DNA of 63,546 nt, filler included, from Atractiella rhizophila (lineage: Eukaryota), in the NCBI GenBank assembly GCA_021432655.1. It is 5 parts of 4 records of this genome, joined end to end, with 100 filler letters (N's around TTAATTAATTAA, not from the genome) between each part and the next. Parts side by side here need not be neighbours in the genome. Positions count along the whole stretch, not along the records: positions 44,810 to 57,823 come from MU271686.1; positions 57,924 to 63,546 come from MU271721.1; 3 more parts are not named here. One strand, given 5' to 3'. Position numbers and translations under genes: made by a program. The notes under the pieces were generated by a model. That model ran no database searches. It had not been told where the DNA came from and was given only the letters and a program-made list of their open reading frames with translations. How positions within the stretch are numbered: the first letter of the stretch is position 1; each line of letters begins with the position of its first letter. This document shows, in pieces, positions 50,231-61,728 of this stretch.

Positions 50231-51617
50231 TTATTGATTCCTACCGTCATTTCTCAGTATTTACAATAAATGTCATTGAGAGAGCAATAAGGCACGCACC
50301 TGGAAAAGTAAGCCCTCAGACCTTGGCTTTGAAGGTCGCTTTTTGCCTGGGCGAAGGTATGTCCTTTCTGCACACGATGCCAAGTGTCTCAGAATGTGCT
50401 TCAAGCAGCGTTGAGGAAAGGAGACGTACCTCATTGTGCCTGGCGTACGCGGCTCTGTAAATCCATAGGATGCCCAGTCCTTCTGCTGCCCATCCAGCCG
50501 TAGCGATGACCCCGAAAACTCCGGTGACGATTGAACCGTCACCGAAGGCACGAAGGGTGTTGATCAATCCTGCCGAACCGGTGGAGGGGATTCCGACGAC
50601 CATGTATGCGCAATAGAGGACGTGGAATCCGCCAAAGACAAAGAAGAAGTCTGACACGCAATAAGTCCGTCAAACGCAGCTGGAGGAAGGAAGAAAGCTA
50701 ACAATAGTAGAGAGCCATCTCTTTCATGTATCCGTTATAAAACGGACGATACCACAGTAAGAAACTGGATGGAGGGATGAAAATACAGTAGGATACCGCA
50801 GAGCCAAGATCAGCACCTCCATCCCGTTGACCCGAGGTAAGGAGGAGTATAGCTCCCACTAGGTTGGCGATTAGGACGATGAGCAGGAACTGCCACACTC
50901 GGTAGAGGGTTAAGACGGTGGATCGGGAGTCAGAAGGGATCTCTGCATCGATGTCGTGGTAGATGAGTGGGTAGACTATGAAGAGGAAACAGAAGAAGCG
51001 AGTCAGTACTGTTGCAGAACCACCACATCATGATTCACAGCCAACAATGTCCGAGGCTTCTTCCGCTTGTTCCGCAGAATGGAAGGATAATTGCGGGTAG
51101 GGGAACTCATGCTGAGGAAGTCAGCATTATTGTTATGGCGCATCGAAGCGCCGTGTACTTTAAGATTGATGTGCCTTTTGCTCAGCACCACAGCCTCCCA
51201 TGCGGCAGACCAGCTCTGACAAATAGGTAAAACTCACAAAATGGCCAATTGTTTCTTCCGTGTTTCTTCATATGGTCCTCCCTATCTCCCAAGTTCCTCT
51301 CCCTCCTCTCAAGCTCTTCCTCCCTTCTCCGAATCTCTGCCAAGCGAGCAGCCGTATCATCCGTCCTCCCAGCAACTCCTAACTCCACAGTCGTATAGCC
51401 AGTTCCAGCCTGGCTCTTCTGATCAAGCGTATCGGAAGAATATCCACCTCCAACGTCATTATATGTCGATTTGGTGGAGCCGAGAGCTCCCTGAATCGTT
51501 GGGTCAGCGAAGGGGTTGTCAGAAGCCGAGGGCTGGTGATGGTCCGCAAAGGGATTGTCGCCTGCAACACTATTGGGTCACTTTTGACACGTCCCAAGGG
51601 GGAAACTTACTCGTCAT
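50231..51617 (-). CDS. SCAMP-family (secretory carrier membrane) protein, 6 exons
   Basis: N-terminal NPF repeats (DNPFAD x2), coiled coil RRREEELERRE, NNWP motif, SFLLWYRPFYNG and four TM segments. The first coding exon is 7 nt. Confidence 0.88.
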
Positions 51618-52406
51618 CTTAACAATCCTGCGAAAGAGAAATTCGTCGTTTCGTCGTTTACGGTCACAACGTTTCGGCTGCGGTGCACAGCTACAGCTCA
51701 GAGTTCGGTCCCGTTTCTCCCCCCACTCCGCAGTTGCACCATCTTTCCCCTCTTTGTTTTTCTTCTGCAACCAACTCCAACGAATAACGAACAACGATAC
51801 TTCAATTCCGCGTCCAATTTCTTTCACACTTACACACAGGCTACATTGCCGGCCTCATGAACTACACTACCTTTCTTTCTATTCGTAAAGGAACCTAAAG
51901 GTTCCCTTCCCTGAACGGTGCGCGTGTCCTCTTTTGAAAGGGGATAAGTATGAGTACAAGAATGGATCAAATTTGATCAAATACGGCAATTGACACCAGC
52001 TTGCATACTGTCTCCACTGTGCTAGGCTCCTTTACACTTTTTTGTTGCCAAGAAAAATGAAAAGACTCTTTAATCACTTTGTTTTCGATGATACGAAAGC
52101 GAAGTTTCATGCCGAGACTACATATTTCATTTTGAAAGGCCGCCTTTAGGAAGATTGTCCGTGTCCCTCTGGCGGTCGTGAACCTGAGAAAGATGGAGGA
52201 GTGGATGCGAATGTGCTTACGAGTGGCAAACATTGTACTCTTATTACAGCAAATAAATTGATTCTTCAGAAAGCACCCAACTAGAAAACAGGAACACAGC
52301 AACATTGATAAGGAAGCGACCAATACAGGGTTCATGAGAAGCAGTGACTTGAAGAATCAGCCCAATGTATGTCCCCAAAGAAAACTGAACCCTGAAGTTT
52401 CATCCT

Positions 52407-53021
52407 TCATGAACATAATTTCCCTCCCAATCTGGGCATGGCATGGAATACTTTTGTTCTTGTCAAAGGCTTTGGACGTAGATGCAGCTCCAATCTTTCT
52501 TGTCTTTCGCGCTCCCTGTTTTGAAATGCCATGTTTCTCGTCGCCATGTTTGCAGCATATTGGGTATCTTTCGGTCGCGCTACATCTCTTTTGACGGGGG
52601 TCGGAGTCCGGCTACCTCGCCTTAAGTGTTCCTCCAGCATGTTCTCCAGGGTTTCCTTTCACCATTACTTTTCACCAAAGCGAATGCGTAGCACGAAAGG
52701 GGAACACACCAGCATTTGTTTCGTTTGTTCGATAGCCCTCTTGATTTTTTCTACGTTATCAAACTTTGCATAGCTCGAGGGTTGTGTATCGGGGATGGGA
52801 GAAGTTGTCATTTGAAGCCGTAAACGCTGCAGCTGGTCTTCGACAGTCATTCCTGCTTCTGCACTATGCTCGCCCTCAACCGTACCCGAAGAGAGATTAT
52901 CAGAGGAGGAATGGCCAAGTGCGTCAGGAGACTGTTCCACCTGGGCCGCTGCAAGACCGATCTGCCCAGTCTGGTCAACTTCAACTGTCGGCGCTGGTGA
53001 AGTTTCATCCTTGTCAGCCAT
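52407..53021 (-). CDS. Hypothetical protein, 2 exons
   Basis: ORFs 52665..53027 and 52407..52640 join in frame through a GT-AG intron. No confident family. Confidence 0.4.
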
Positions 53022-53949
53022 CTCCAACTCTTGAACTCATGAAGAGGGGACTGTGATGGAACAGCCCTATATATCTGTCGTGTCCCATGCCCTGATGAAG
53101 ACAGCAGGAAAGAAGGATAATGACAGGGATGGCAAAGGACAAAGACATTGATAAAGAATGGAAAAGACACTAGTTGGAACGATAAAGACAGCAGAAAAAG
53201 AAGGCTGCCTTGTATAATACAACAAAGCGTCACAACAAGACAGCGATACTGATTATTAAACCCAAATGCCTTCCCTTGAGAAAAAAGTTGTAAAGCAACC
53301 GCATGCTGGCTTGACAGAGCCATTGAGTGGCTTGTTGGGGCATTCGTCTTAGTACAGATCATTAGTTCCTTCTTGCTGATTTGATCGAAGTGAAGTGGGT
53401 TAGATGGCTTAAAGTCTTGCTTTGAAGTTTGTCTCGCGGGGGACATCTTCCCTATTGCTTATGCTTAACACAATATCCACAATCACAATTCGTTTGATTG
53501 AGTGGGACTCAGCCCCTTTTCTTTTCCTGATCCCATAATATTTCTTGTCCTTTTGTATTTGTGTCTGACACTGATGTATTTCTGTTATCCGTACATGCCT
53601 GACACTCGCCATAGAAAGCATACGAGGAGCTTGAATATGGTTCAGGATCTTAAGGAATTCGAAGATAAGCTTATTAGTGGACCATTGTGTAGTGTAATGA
53701 CTATTCATTCCTCACCTTTCCTGTCAAAACACATCCTAAAAAGCATGAGCATCTCGAAAAAATGTACATTGTCACAGCCGAATGACCGAATTACGATTAT
53801 ACGAGTCCGCAGCGGTCGACGGCTCGGACTTGGCTGTGACACATCACTGGCAACGTTGCATCAACACTGATAACAGACGCGACACGAAGTTGACGACCGT
53901 CCTCTTTCTTGTCAGCCCTTGAAGTTTCCTCAGAGCGAGTGTATCAATC

Positions 53950-55563
53950 ATGATCCCTACAAAAGTATATCCAAATGCAAATCCTGAGACGGGACCTACC
54001 TTGAAGGACGTCGCAGGATTGATCAAGGACGGCAAAGCTAAGAATGTCATCATCATGGTCTGTAGTTCTCCCGAGTGTTCAGAACAGTCTTTCATGAATT
54101 AATTCTTTAGTCTGGAGCTGGAATACCTACTAGCTGTGGGATTCCTGATTTTCGAAGTCCGGAGACAGGTCTCGTACGTTTCCAAAAACACCTCGAAGAA
54201 AGATCCAGCGATGTATCTGATCCCAACCTCACAGTACCATAATCTACAGAAATACAATCTGCGTAGGCTTTCGTTCATGTTTGCGTATGCACTGCTGAGC
54301 CTCTATCATTTCAGCACATCCTCAGGCGATCTTCGAGATCGCCTACTTCGTTGATCATCCTGATGCATTCTTTCAGCTAGCCAAGGAACTTTATCCAGGG
54401 AATTTCACTCCTTCTCTAACACATTTCTTTTTCGTGCTTCTGCACAAGAAAGGAGTCTTAAAACGGTCTGTATCTGTACCTTCAGTCCCTCACAGCGTCA
54501 TCCCTGACTTCATGTCGGGAAGTGTATTTTCTCAAAATATCGATTGCTTAGATCAAATGGCAGGACTCCCACAAGAAATGATCGTTGAAGCTCATGGTTC
54601 TTTCGCAACTGCTAAATGTCTCGAATGCCTCACTCCTTATTCCATGGAAGAACTCCGTCCTAAGATTCTGGAGGGACAAGTGATCCGATGCTCCCGTCCA
54701 GATTGTGAAGGGAAAGAACAAGCGCGTGGGCTTTGTCTCCTCTCATCGCATGGAAATCCATGATTTGACATAACTCTACAGTCGTGAAACCTGATATCGT
54801 CTTCTTTGGCGAAGGTTTGCCAGAATTGTTCTTTCGACGTATTGCAGTGCGTTTTCCCTACTTCCCTATCATGACTGAAACTGAATATGCTGCTTTTGAA
54901 GGATTTCAAAGATTGCGACCTCCTGATCGTCCTCGGAACGTCACTTCAAGTGCAACGTACGTTTGTCTTCTTTATGTTAAGTCGTACCGATTGTCGTCAT
55001 CAGCCTTCGCTCGTCTCGTCGATCGGGTTCCTGACAAATGCCCTCGTCTGCTCATTAATCTCGAAGTAGTCGGCGAAGCCGGTGATCTAGACGAGTTCTC
55101 TCTTTCCTCTATCTTCATGAAGTTCCGTGAGACAGGTTTCGACTTCTCCGGACGGCTCAGCGGTGGGAAAGCGTACACCAGGGATGCCAAGTGGATTGGG
55201 GAGTCTGATGTTGGCGTGTTGGAGCTTGCAAAGGAATTGGGGTGGGATGAGGAGCTGGTCAAATTGCGGCAGGATTGGATGAAGGAACAAAGCTCGAAAG
55301 AAAAGGAAGAGAGTGTTGTAGATGAGGGAGTCGAGAACGTAGAAACAGATGAGGAGAGGAAGCCGCAGAAGACGGAGGAGAAGGAGAAGCTTATCAAGGA
55401 AGAGTTGAAGGAGGAGCCGAAAGCGGTGGACCAGCAGGCTGCCAATGCGGTGGAGCATCTTGTGGAAAAGGTGGAGGGATTGGTCATTTCGAAAGAGAAA
55501 GAAGGAAATGAACCTGAAGAGAAGAAGCCTGAGGTTGATTTGAAAAAAGATTCCCATGTCTAG
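53950..55563 (+). CDS. HST2: NAD-dependent deacetylase, Hst2/SIRT2-like sirtuin
   Basis: GAGIPTSCGIPDFRSP, LAKELYPGNF, SQNID, VEAHGSF, zinc CxxC pairs, VKPDIVFFGE, GTSLQVQPFA and PRLLINLE. Confidence 0.9.
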
Positions 55564-55729
55564 ACGGAAACCATCTTGTCAAGATGTATTTAGTGAGTTC
55601 ACACGGACTGAAATAAATTGGTACAATGTATTGTATACGGGGTCCAAAAATCAACGAGCAAAGTTATGCACACTGGGAAACAAAATGACTGTCATTTTCG
55701 TCTCAGGGTATCAACCCATCTGCGTCGAG

Positions 55730-57631
55730 CTATTGAGACTTGTGGTGATTGTTATTCTTCTCCTTGCTTCTGCGATACCCAAACTTCCAAATGGGATAAA
55801 CCACTAACAGGGTCACCAATGATCCCCAAAAGTATAGAACTTTCCGAGGGAAGGGAGGGAACATCCCGTTGCTCCATTTGATGACAATCAAAAGCTCGAG
55901 GATGACGCTGAAGAGCAGAGTGACACAGTGAGAGCCCATGCGCGCGATTTTTCTAGCAAAAAGTCTCAGTTTCGCTGTGCGAGAAGGCAGAGGAGAAAGC
56001 CTACCGGTACATCGATACATATTGGTACAGCTCGCGAACGGCTGGAAGTGCGCAGAGGAAAATGCCTGCTAGACGAGCTACAACGATCGGGTCCTCAGGT
56101 TCGAGGTTTAGGAGGAACTGGTAAAGTTGGTTAATCACCGCACGAGGAAAAAAAAGGTGGGCAAGAAACCTTCAAGTAGAACACATTGAGCTCTGAGAGA
56201 AGGAAAACAGAGAGCAATCCAACGGTCGACAAGTAATTTCGAAATCGTTTCGTCCCTTCACAAATACTCAGTATATACGCTCAATCATCAGAAGATCCAT
56301 ACCTTCCCACTTGAACTCTGTCCAATCATAAGGTGTAAACTGCTTCATAGCTCTCGCAGTGCGACCCCTCAGCGTTCTCGCATGTTGGGTCCGTATACCG
56401 CGCCACGAAAAAGGCTGCAAATGACCAAGTGAGTGAGCTGGTGGAAGGTAACAAGGAAAGGACCTACGGTGACTTTGAGCCATTCGCATACCTTCATCCC
56501 TAACCACAGTCCTCCCCAGTTGCAAAGCAGAACGTCAAGGAGCCAGTGGTCCCACCAACACTCCGCGAAGTTGGGAAGCTGGTTGTAAAAGCGTGAGGGA
56601 ACTTCTTTGCATTTAATAAGGTTGCTTTACCTGATGCTGTAAACAAATGAAATGTCAAGCTTGTTGTAAGCGAAAAAAGAGGTGCGTACCTGTAAGCTGT
56701 ATTCGCAGAATTCGAACAGAATGGACAAAATCCAACAGAACCTGGTTTTTGGTCAACCATAGGTCACACTTTAGGAACCAAATGACGAACCAATAATCCC
56801 GCACTATCTTATTCGCGTCAATGCCATAATGAGGAACGACAAAATTATGTACGTATCATCGCTTTCCCAAACCACCCCAAAGCGTGAGCGAGACAAAATA
56901 TGTCTATTTGATTCTACAATCTTTCAGCTTTGGAGATGAAGCAGGGAAATGTGTACACACCCAAATATTCTGTAATGTAAACTCGCAATTCTCAGCGTAA
57001 CCTTTTTCCCGCAGTGGGATTGTGCTGCCAATGAGCTCTTGTGCCTTTCCACATAATAACCTTAGCTGATTTGCAAAGGAACGTGGTGAAATACATTACA
57101 TGCTCTCTATCTTGGAAATAAAGATAGATTAGCCCCATTAGATAAATCACGTTCACTCCAAGCACGACCCTCCAGAACGCAGGATGTGGTCGCGTAAAAG
57201 GTCCGTCTCGGAAATTCAACATTCCGAAGACCAAGAATGCACCACAAGCAGAGAGAATGCCAGAATGCGCTCGTAACCGCGGTCCAAAGATCTGCTCCGA
57301 GTTGTATGCTATGATAGCGAACACGAATACGATACCGAAGAACGTGGACATGATGGGTACACGGTAGAACCATGACACTGTACTGTCCTACACCATTCAC
57401 GCTCCTATTACTCGTTGCATTTGGGTCCCCAAAGAAAAGACGCACCATTTTAAGCGAGAAAGGCTCCAATCCAGCCTCTTTCCTGTGCTTAGAGGCTTCA
57501 TCGAACTCATTCTGTGTCTCCCATTCCGAACCAGAAAAAATGCCTGGCGTAACAGCTTCAGTCGCCACAGCTTGCGCAATGGGTGACTCCTCTTCCTTGT
57601 CTTCATTCCGCCTCAATTTGCTGTCTGACAT
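55730..57631 (-). CDS. Base-exchange-type phosphatidylserine synthase (PTDSS1/2, PSS family), about 11 exons
   Basis: [62 protein letters not shown] and ELNVFYLK. Intact frame with 6-nt and 13-nt microexons. Confidence 0.9.
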
Positions 57632-57823
57632 ATCGTTGAATGTGTCTAATGAAATGTTACACGCTGTTGAAAGCGTCTCTATGAAGTGCTGAGCACGTTT
57701 CGATGTGGTCGTCGAAAAATGGTTGCTGACGTTTTGATCGAGGACAAAGGCAGACAAACAATAGTGTAACTACCATTGAGAGTGCCCATGTCATGCCTCC
57801 CAAGTCCTCTCAGGCAGCGCCTA

Positions 57824-57923
57824 NNNNNNNNNNNNNNNNNNNNNNNNNNNNNNNNNNNNNNNNNNNNTTAATTAATTAANNNNNNNNNNNNNNNNNNNNN
57901 NNNNNNNNNNNNNNNNNNNNNNN
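57824..57923. other. Artificial scaffold-concatenation linker
   Basis: N44-TTAATTAATTAA-N44. Confidence 0.97.
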
Positions 57924-59411
57924 TGAGGTACCTCCAATCGACACTTCCGTGCCCACATATAACAATATGAAGGCTGCCATGACGAGAACATTTCGATCCG
58001 TGAGAATACGCTTCAACTTCGCCTTATGGTCGTCCTCTTGAACCACCATGTTCCCTTCTTCCATCCCTCTCACTCCTACAGCAGCCATCTCCTGTCCCTC
58101 CTGTCTTTCAGACGAGTCTTCAGCCGCCGATTCGCGCTCGAGTCGGAACATGCTGAGAAGTAACAGAAAGTTCACTACTCCAAGACCGAGGGTGACGAGC
58201 CAGAAATAGGAGAATTTGATGCCAGAGGAGACGAAAGCGGTGGCGATAAGCGGACTGATGAGTGCTCCTGATGTTAGCAACCATAGGAGTAAATAACTAA
58301 ACCTCTTGTGCGAAGGAAGGAAGGTGATGGAACCAACCGAGTCCATAGAAAGCATGCAGTAGTCCCATCTTCCACGCTACATTGCCACCCGTCCCTCCAA
58401 TGTAAGCATTTGCAGCTGCATCCTGATGCCACGAATCAGACATTCATAGTCAGGGAAATGGAGAAAGAAGAAAGGATGATTAGAAACAGAGAATGATACA
58501 GACCTGTAACGCCATGCCGAAACCGTTGATAGCGTAGCAGACGACGATAAGGGGGAAATTGATTGGAGGAGCCATTAGTGTGTAAGCCTGTTCGAAAATC
58601 GTGTAAACATTTACATGTGGGTGATGGAGGCACTAACAATTGTTTGCTGAAAAGCTCCCCAGGCAATCACCTACAAAACTCTATCATCAACTGGACTTGC
58701 CGACAAAGGCATAAAAGAGGAGAGGAGGTACAGTTCCCAATCCGAACTTGTCAGTCAGATATGCATTGGAGAACGATGCGAGGATGAAACCGATGCATTG
58801 GCCTACGAAGAGCGTAGAAACGGTCATGTATCCAATCTGAGATCCACGCAACAGTCAAAAGTAAACTAGGAGGGAGAGGGAGGAGCCGGAGGATGGACCT
58901 ACGTGAAAGTAGGACTGCATACTACATGAGATTAGGTTAGCTAACAGAGAAGAGAAATCAAGGAAGACGGACTAAGGAATCAAGGCTCCTGCACTCGCGT
59001 CTGATATGCCAGCAACTGTTACTCCGTGGTCACCCCATTTGAACAAACAAGAGATCATCGAGAGGAAACTACAATTGAAGGACCCATGTCAGACATCAGC
59101 TCCTCGCGTTTGAGTTACCACAGAGAGAAAAATGCACGGACCTGACCAACAAGTGTGAAAAAGCATGCCCATTCCTTCCCCGTGAATTTCCATCCATCTA
59201 AAGCTCGAGACACCATACTCCTCTTCTTGAACGTCGCATCACAAGGTGGAATCGAAGCATCGATATTTGCACCTGCCGCCATTGCAAGAGCGGACGATGC
59301 AGGGTCATCACGCCGATCAAGAGTGTCGTCGATTCCTAGGCTTTTGATAGACTTCCCGTCGAGATCCATTGCGGTCACTCTGGGTTGTGGAGTAGGAGAG
59401 GGGGACATCAT
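57924..59411 (-). CDS. MFS transporter (FucP/Bsc6-like), 5' part, cut by scaffold end
   Basis: AGISDASAGALIPYMQSYFHIGYMTVSTLF, LTDKFG, GALISPLIAT and FILLYVGTEVSIGG. Confidence 0.8.
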
Positions 59412-60751
59412 GCCGCGCTTTTCAATGTAACAGAATCGCGAGCTGCCCTTTAAAACTTGATCCGCACTAGAAACTGGGGGGTCCACGTCGACAGCTCGCT
59501 ACTCCGTGAGGAACATACGCAATTTGGACCCCTGGTGGATTCTCGGATCTGACAAGAAGATGCTCGGCAGCCTGCGCACAGCAATTTAGCGACTTTGCTT
59601 ATGTCGTGTCGTCAGCAACCAACAGAACTTCCACGTAACAATGGGCTAATTGTGGTGGAATATTCGCCATCTCGAATTTTAGTGCGTTGTGATCTGAAAG
59701 TTGAAGCAGAGATGCATCGATGTTTCTTAACTTCAAAACGCAACTCCTTCAAGTGCGCACGACTTGAGCAGTCAGTGAACGTTTTACACTCTAACACTCC
59801 CAACTATTAGCAACCCGCGTTACGATGCCTCCCCGCGAATTTGATGGGTATGATGTTGGCCCCTGGAACGGTGACATTGAGCGCAAGCCCCTTGTGCTAC
59901 GTCACTTCCTCACACCTCATAACCACCGCAAATTCATTTGGAATATCTGGCGATTGCACTAGAAGAAGACAGGTGAGAGATTTTGGTCCGCTCGTTAAGT
60001 GAATGTTTGGGAGTGGTGGCCTGGTCTGCTCTTGTCTGGTCTGCGCTCGTCAGNNNNNNNNNNNNNNNNNNNNNNNNNNNNNNNNNNNNNNNNNNNNNNN
60101 NNNNNNNNNNNNNNNNNNNNNNNNNNNNNNNNNNNNNNNNNNNNNNNNNNNNNNNNNNNNNNNNNNNNNNNNNNNNNNNNNNNNNNNNNNNNNNNNNNNN
60201 NNNNNNNNNNNNNNNNNNNNNNNNNNNNNNNNNNNNNNNNNNNNNNNNNNNNNNNNNNNNNNNNNNNNNNNNNNNNNNNNNNNNNNNNNNNNNNNNNNNN
60301 NNNNNNNNNNNNNNNNNNNNNNNNNNNNNNNNNNNNNNNNNNNNNNNNNNNNNNNNNNNNNNNNNNNNNNNNNNNNNNNNNNNNNNNNNNNNNNNNNNNN
60401 NNNNNNNNNNNNNNNNNNNNNNNNNNNNNNNNNNNNNNNNNNNNNNNNNNNNNNNNNNNNNNNNNNNNNNNNNNNNNNNNNNNNNNNNNNNNNNNNNNNN
60501 NNNNNNNNNNNNNNNNNNNNNNNNNNNNNNNNNNNNNNNNNNNNNNNNNNNNNNNNNNNNNNNNNNNNNNNNNNNNNNNNNNNNNNNNNNNNNNNNNNNN
60601 NNNNNNNNNNNNNNNNNNNNNNNNNNNNNNNNNNNNNNNNNNNNNNNNNNNNNNNNNNNNNNNNNNNNNNNNNNNNNNNNNNNNNNNNNNNNNNNNNNNN
60701 NNNNNNNNNNNNNNNNNNNNNNNGATGTTGTATCAACAAAATTGCTCAAAG

Positions 60752-61437
60752 GTACCCTACGCTTCGCAAACCTCCCTACGGTGATCCACCTCGGGCAGCC
60801 TTCCCGGTTGCATGGACCGTTCGTCTCCATTTTCCTTTCTAACGCCTTCCAAACTAAACCTCATTCGTTGAAAAGTCGCTGTACGCAGCTATGGGCTACG
60901 GATCCTACCTCCTCCGTCATACCATCGACACTTCTCTCTCGAAAAACGATCGGACGCTCGCACATCAAGCTTTTGGTTTATATTGGTTCTCTCTCGCTTT
61001 GAACTTGGCATGGACTCCCCTATTCTTCGGATTACAGATGGTATCGCTCTTTTTGCCTACAATCGAAACATGAAGCCCATTTTGACTGTGTTGAACGTTA
61101 GCCGACACTCGCACTGCTAGATATCACAACATTGACCGGCGTGGTTTATGTTATCACGGTACGTTGTTCTACCTGTGATGGAAATCGACTGAGCATAAAT
61201 GGATAGTACAAAGCATTCCACATCAAGGCTTCCAAGTTGGCGGGATGGCTGTTCCTACCTTATTCCCTGTGGTTGACATACGGTCAGTCGTCTTTCCCCT
61301 TCCCATGACCAGCTACGTCCTGAACATGAAGCCATATAGCGACCTATTTGAACGGCGGAAGCTGGTATCTAAATATATTGCCCAGATGGCAGAGAAAAGC
61401 GGAAGATAAAATTCACAAGGGAAAGGACGACCTCTAA
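60752..61437 (+). CDS. TspO/MBR family translocator protein (5' end in gap)
   Basis: YPTLRKPP...PPRAAFPVAWT-SLYAAMGYGS, LNLAWTPLFFG and LFLPYSLWLTYATYLN. Confidence 0.9.
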
Positions 61438-61728
61438 TCGACCTTCAATACTGGTGATATATTCTCAGACAAATTGTAAATCTAAACGGATGGTTATGTA
61501 AATAAAGAGAATGGATTCAGTATGAGTCGCCATTTCAGCTGGTTTCAGCACCATCCAGGACGTGATTAAGCGACATCCATGATATTATCGATCAAAAGTG
61601 GATGGTGGATGGCATTCATTTGAAAGATATTCGTGCCTCCGGATATTCCATCAAACATTCATGAACGATAGTCTCAATTTTTCAAGCAAGGAAATTATCC
61701 TTGCACTTGAAGAAAATCGAAGCTAGAA

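Noticed and set aside
6056..57923. Recurrent TTAATTAATTAA motif flanked by Ns, and gene adjacency across it (e.g. two exportin genes, CSE1 and CRM1, close together)
   Set aside because: Fixed-length artificial linkers. Neighbourhoods across them have no biological meaning.
59015..59145. Possible second microexon or stwintron in the MFS gene (double-length intron with an internal TAG)
   Set aside because: No GT/GC donor follows the internal AG, and the stwintron reading gives the wrong phase. A single intron from a phase-1 GT donor restores the frame. Unresolved without RNA data.
40192..60723. Long X-filled ORFs at 39949-40732 and 59934-61002
   Set aside because: Artefacts of translating through the N gaps 40192-40617 and 60054-60723.
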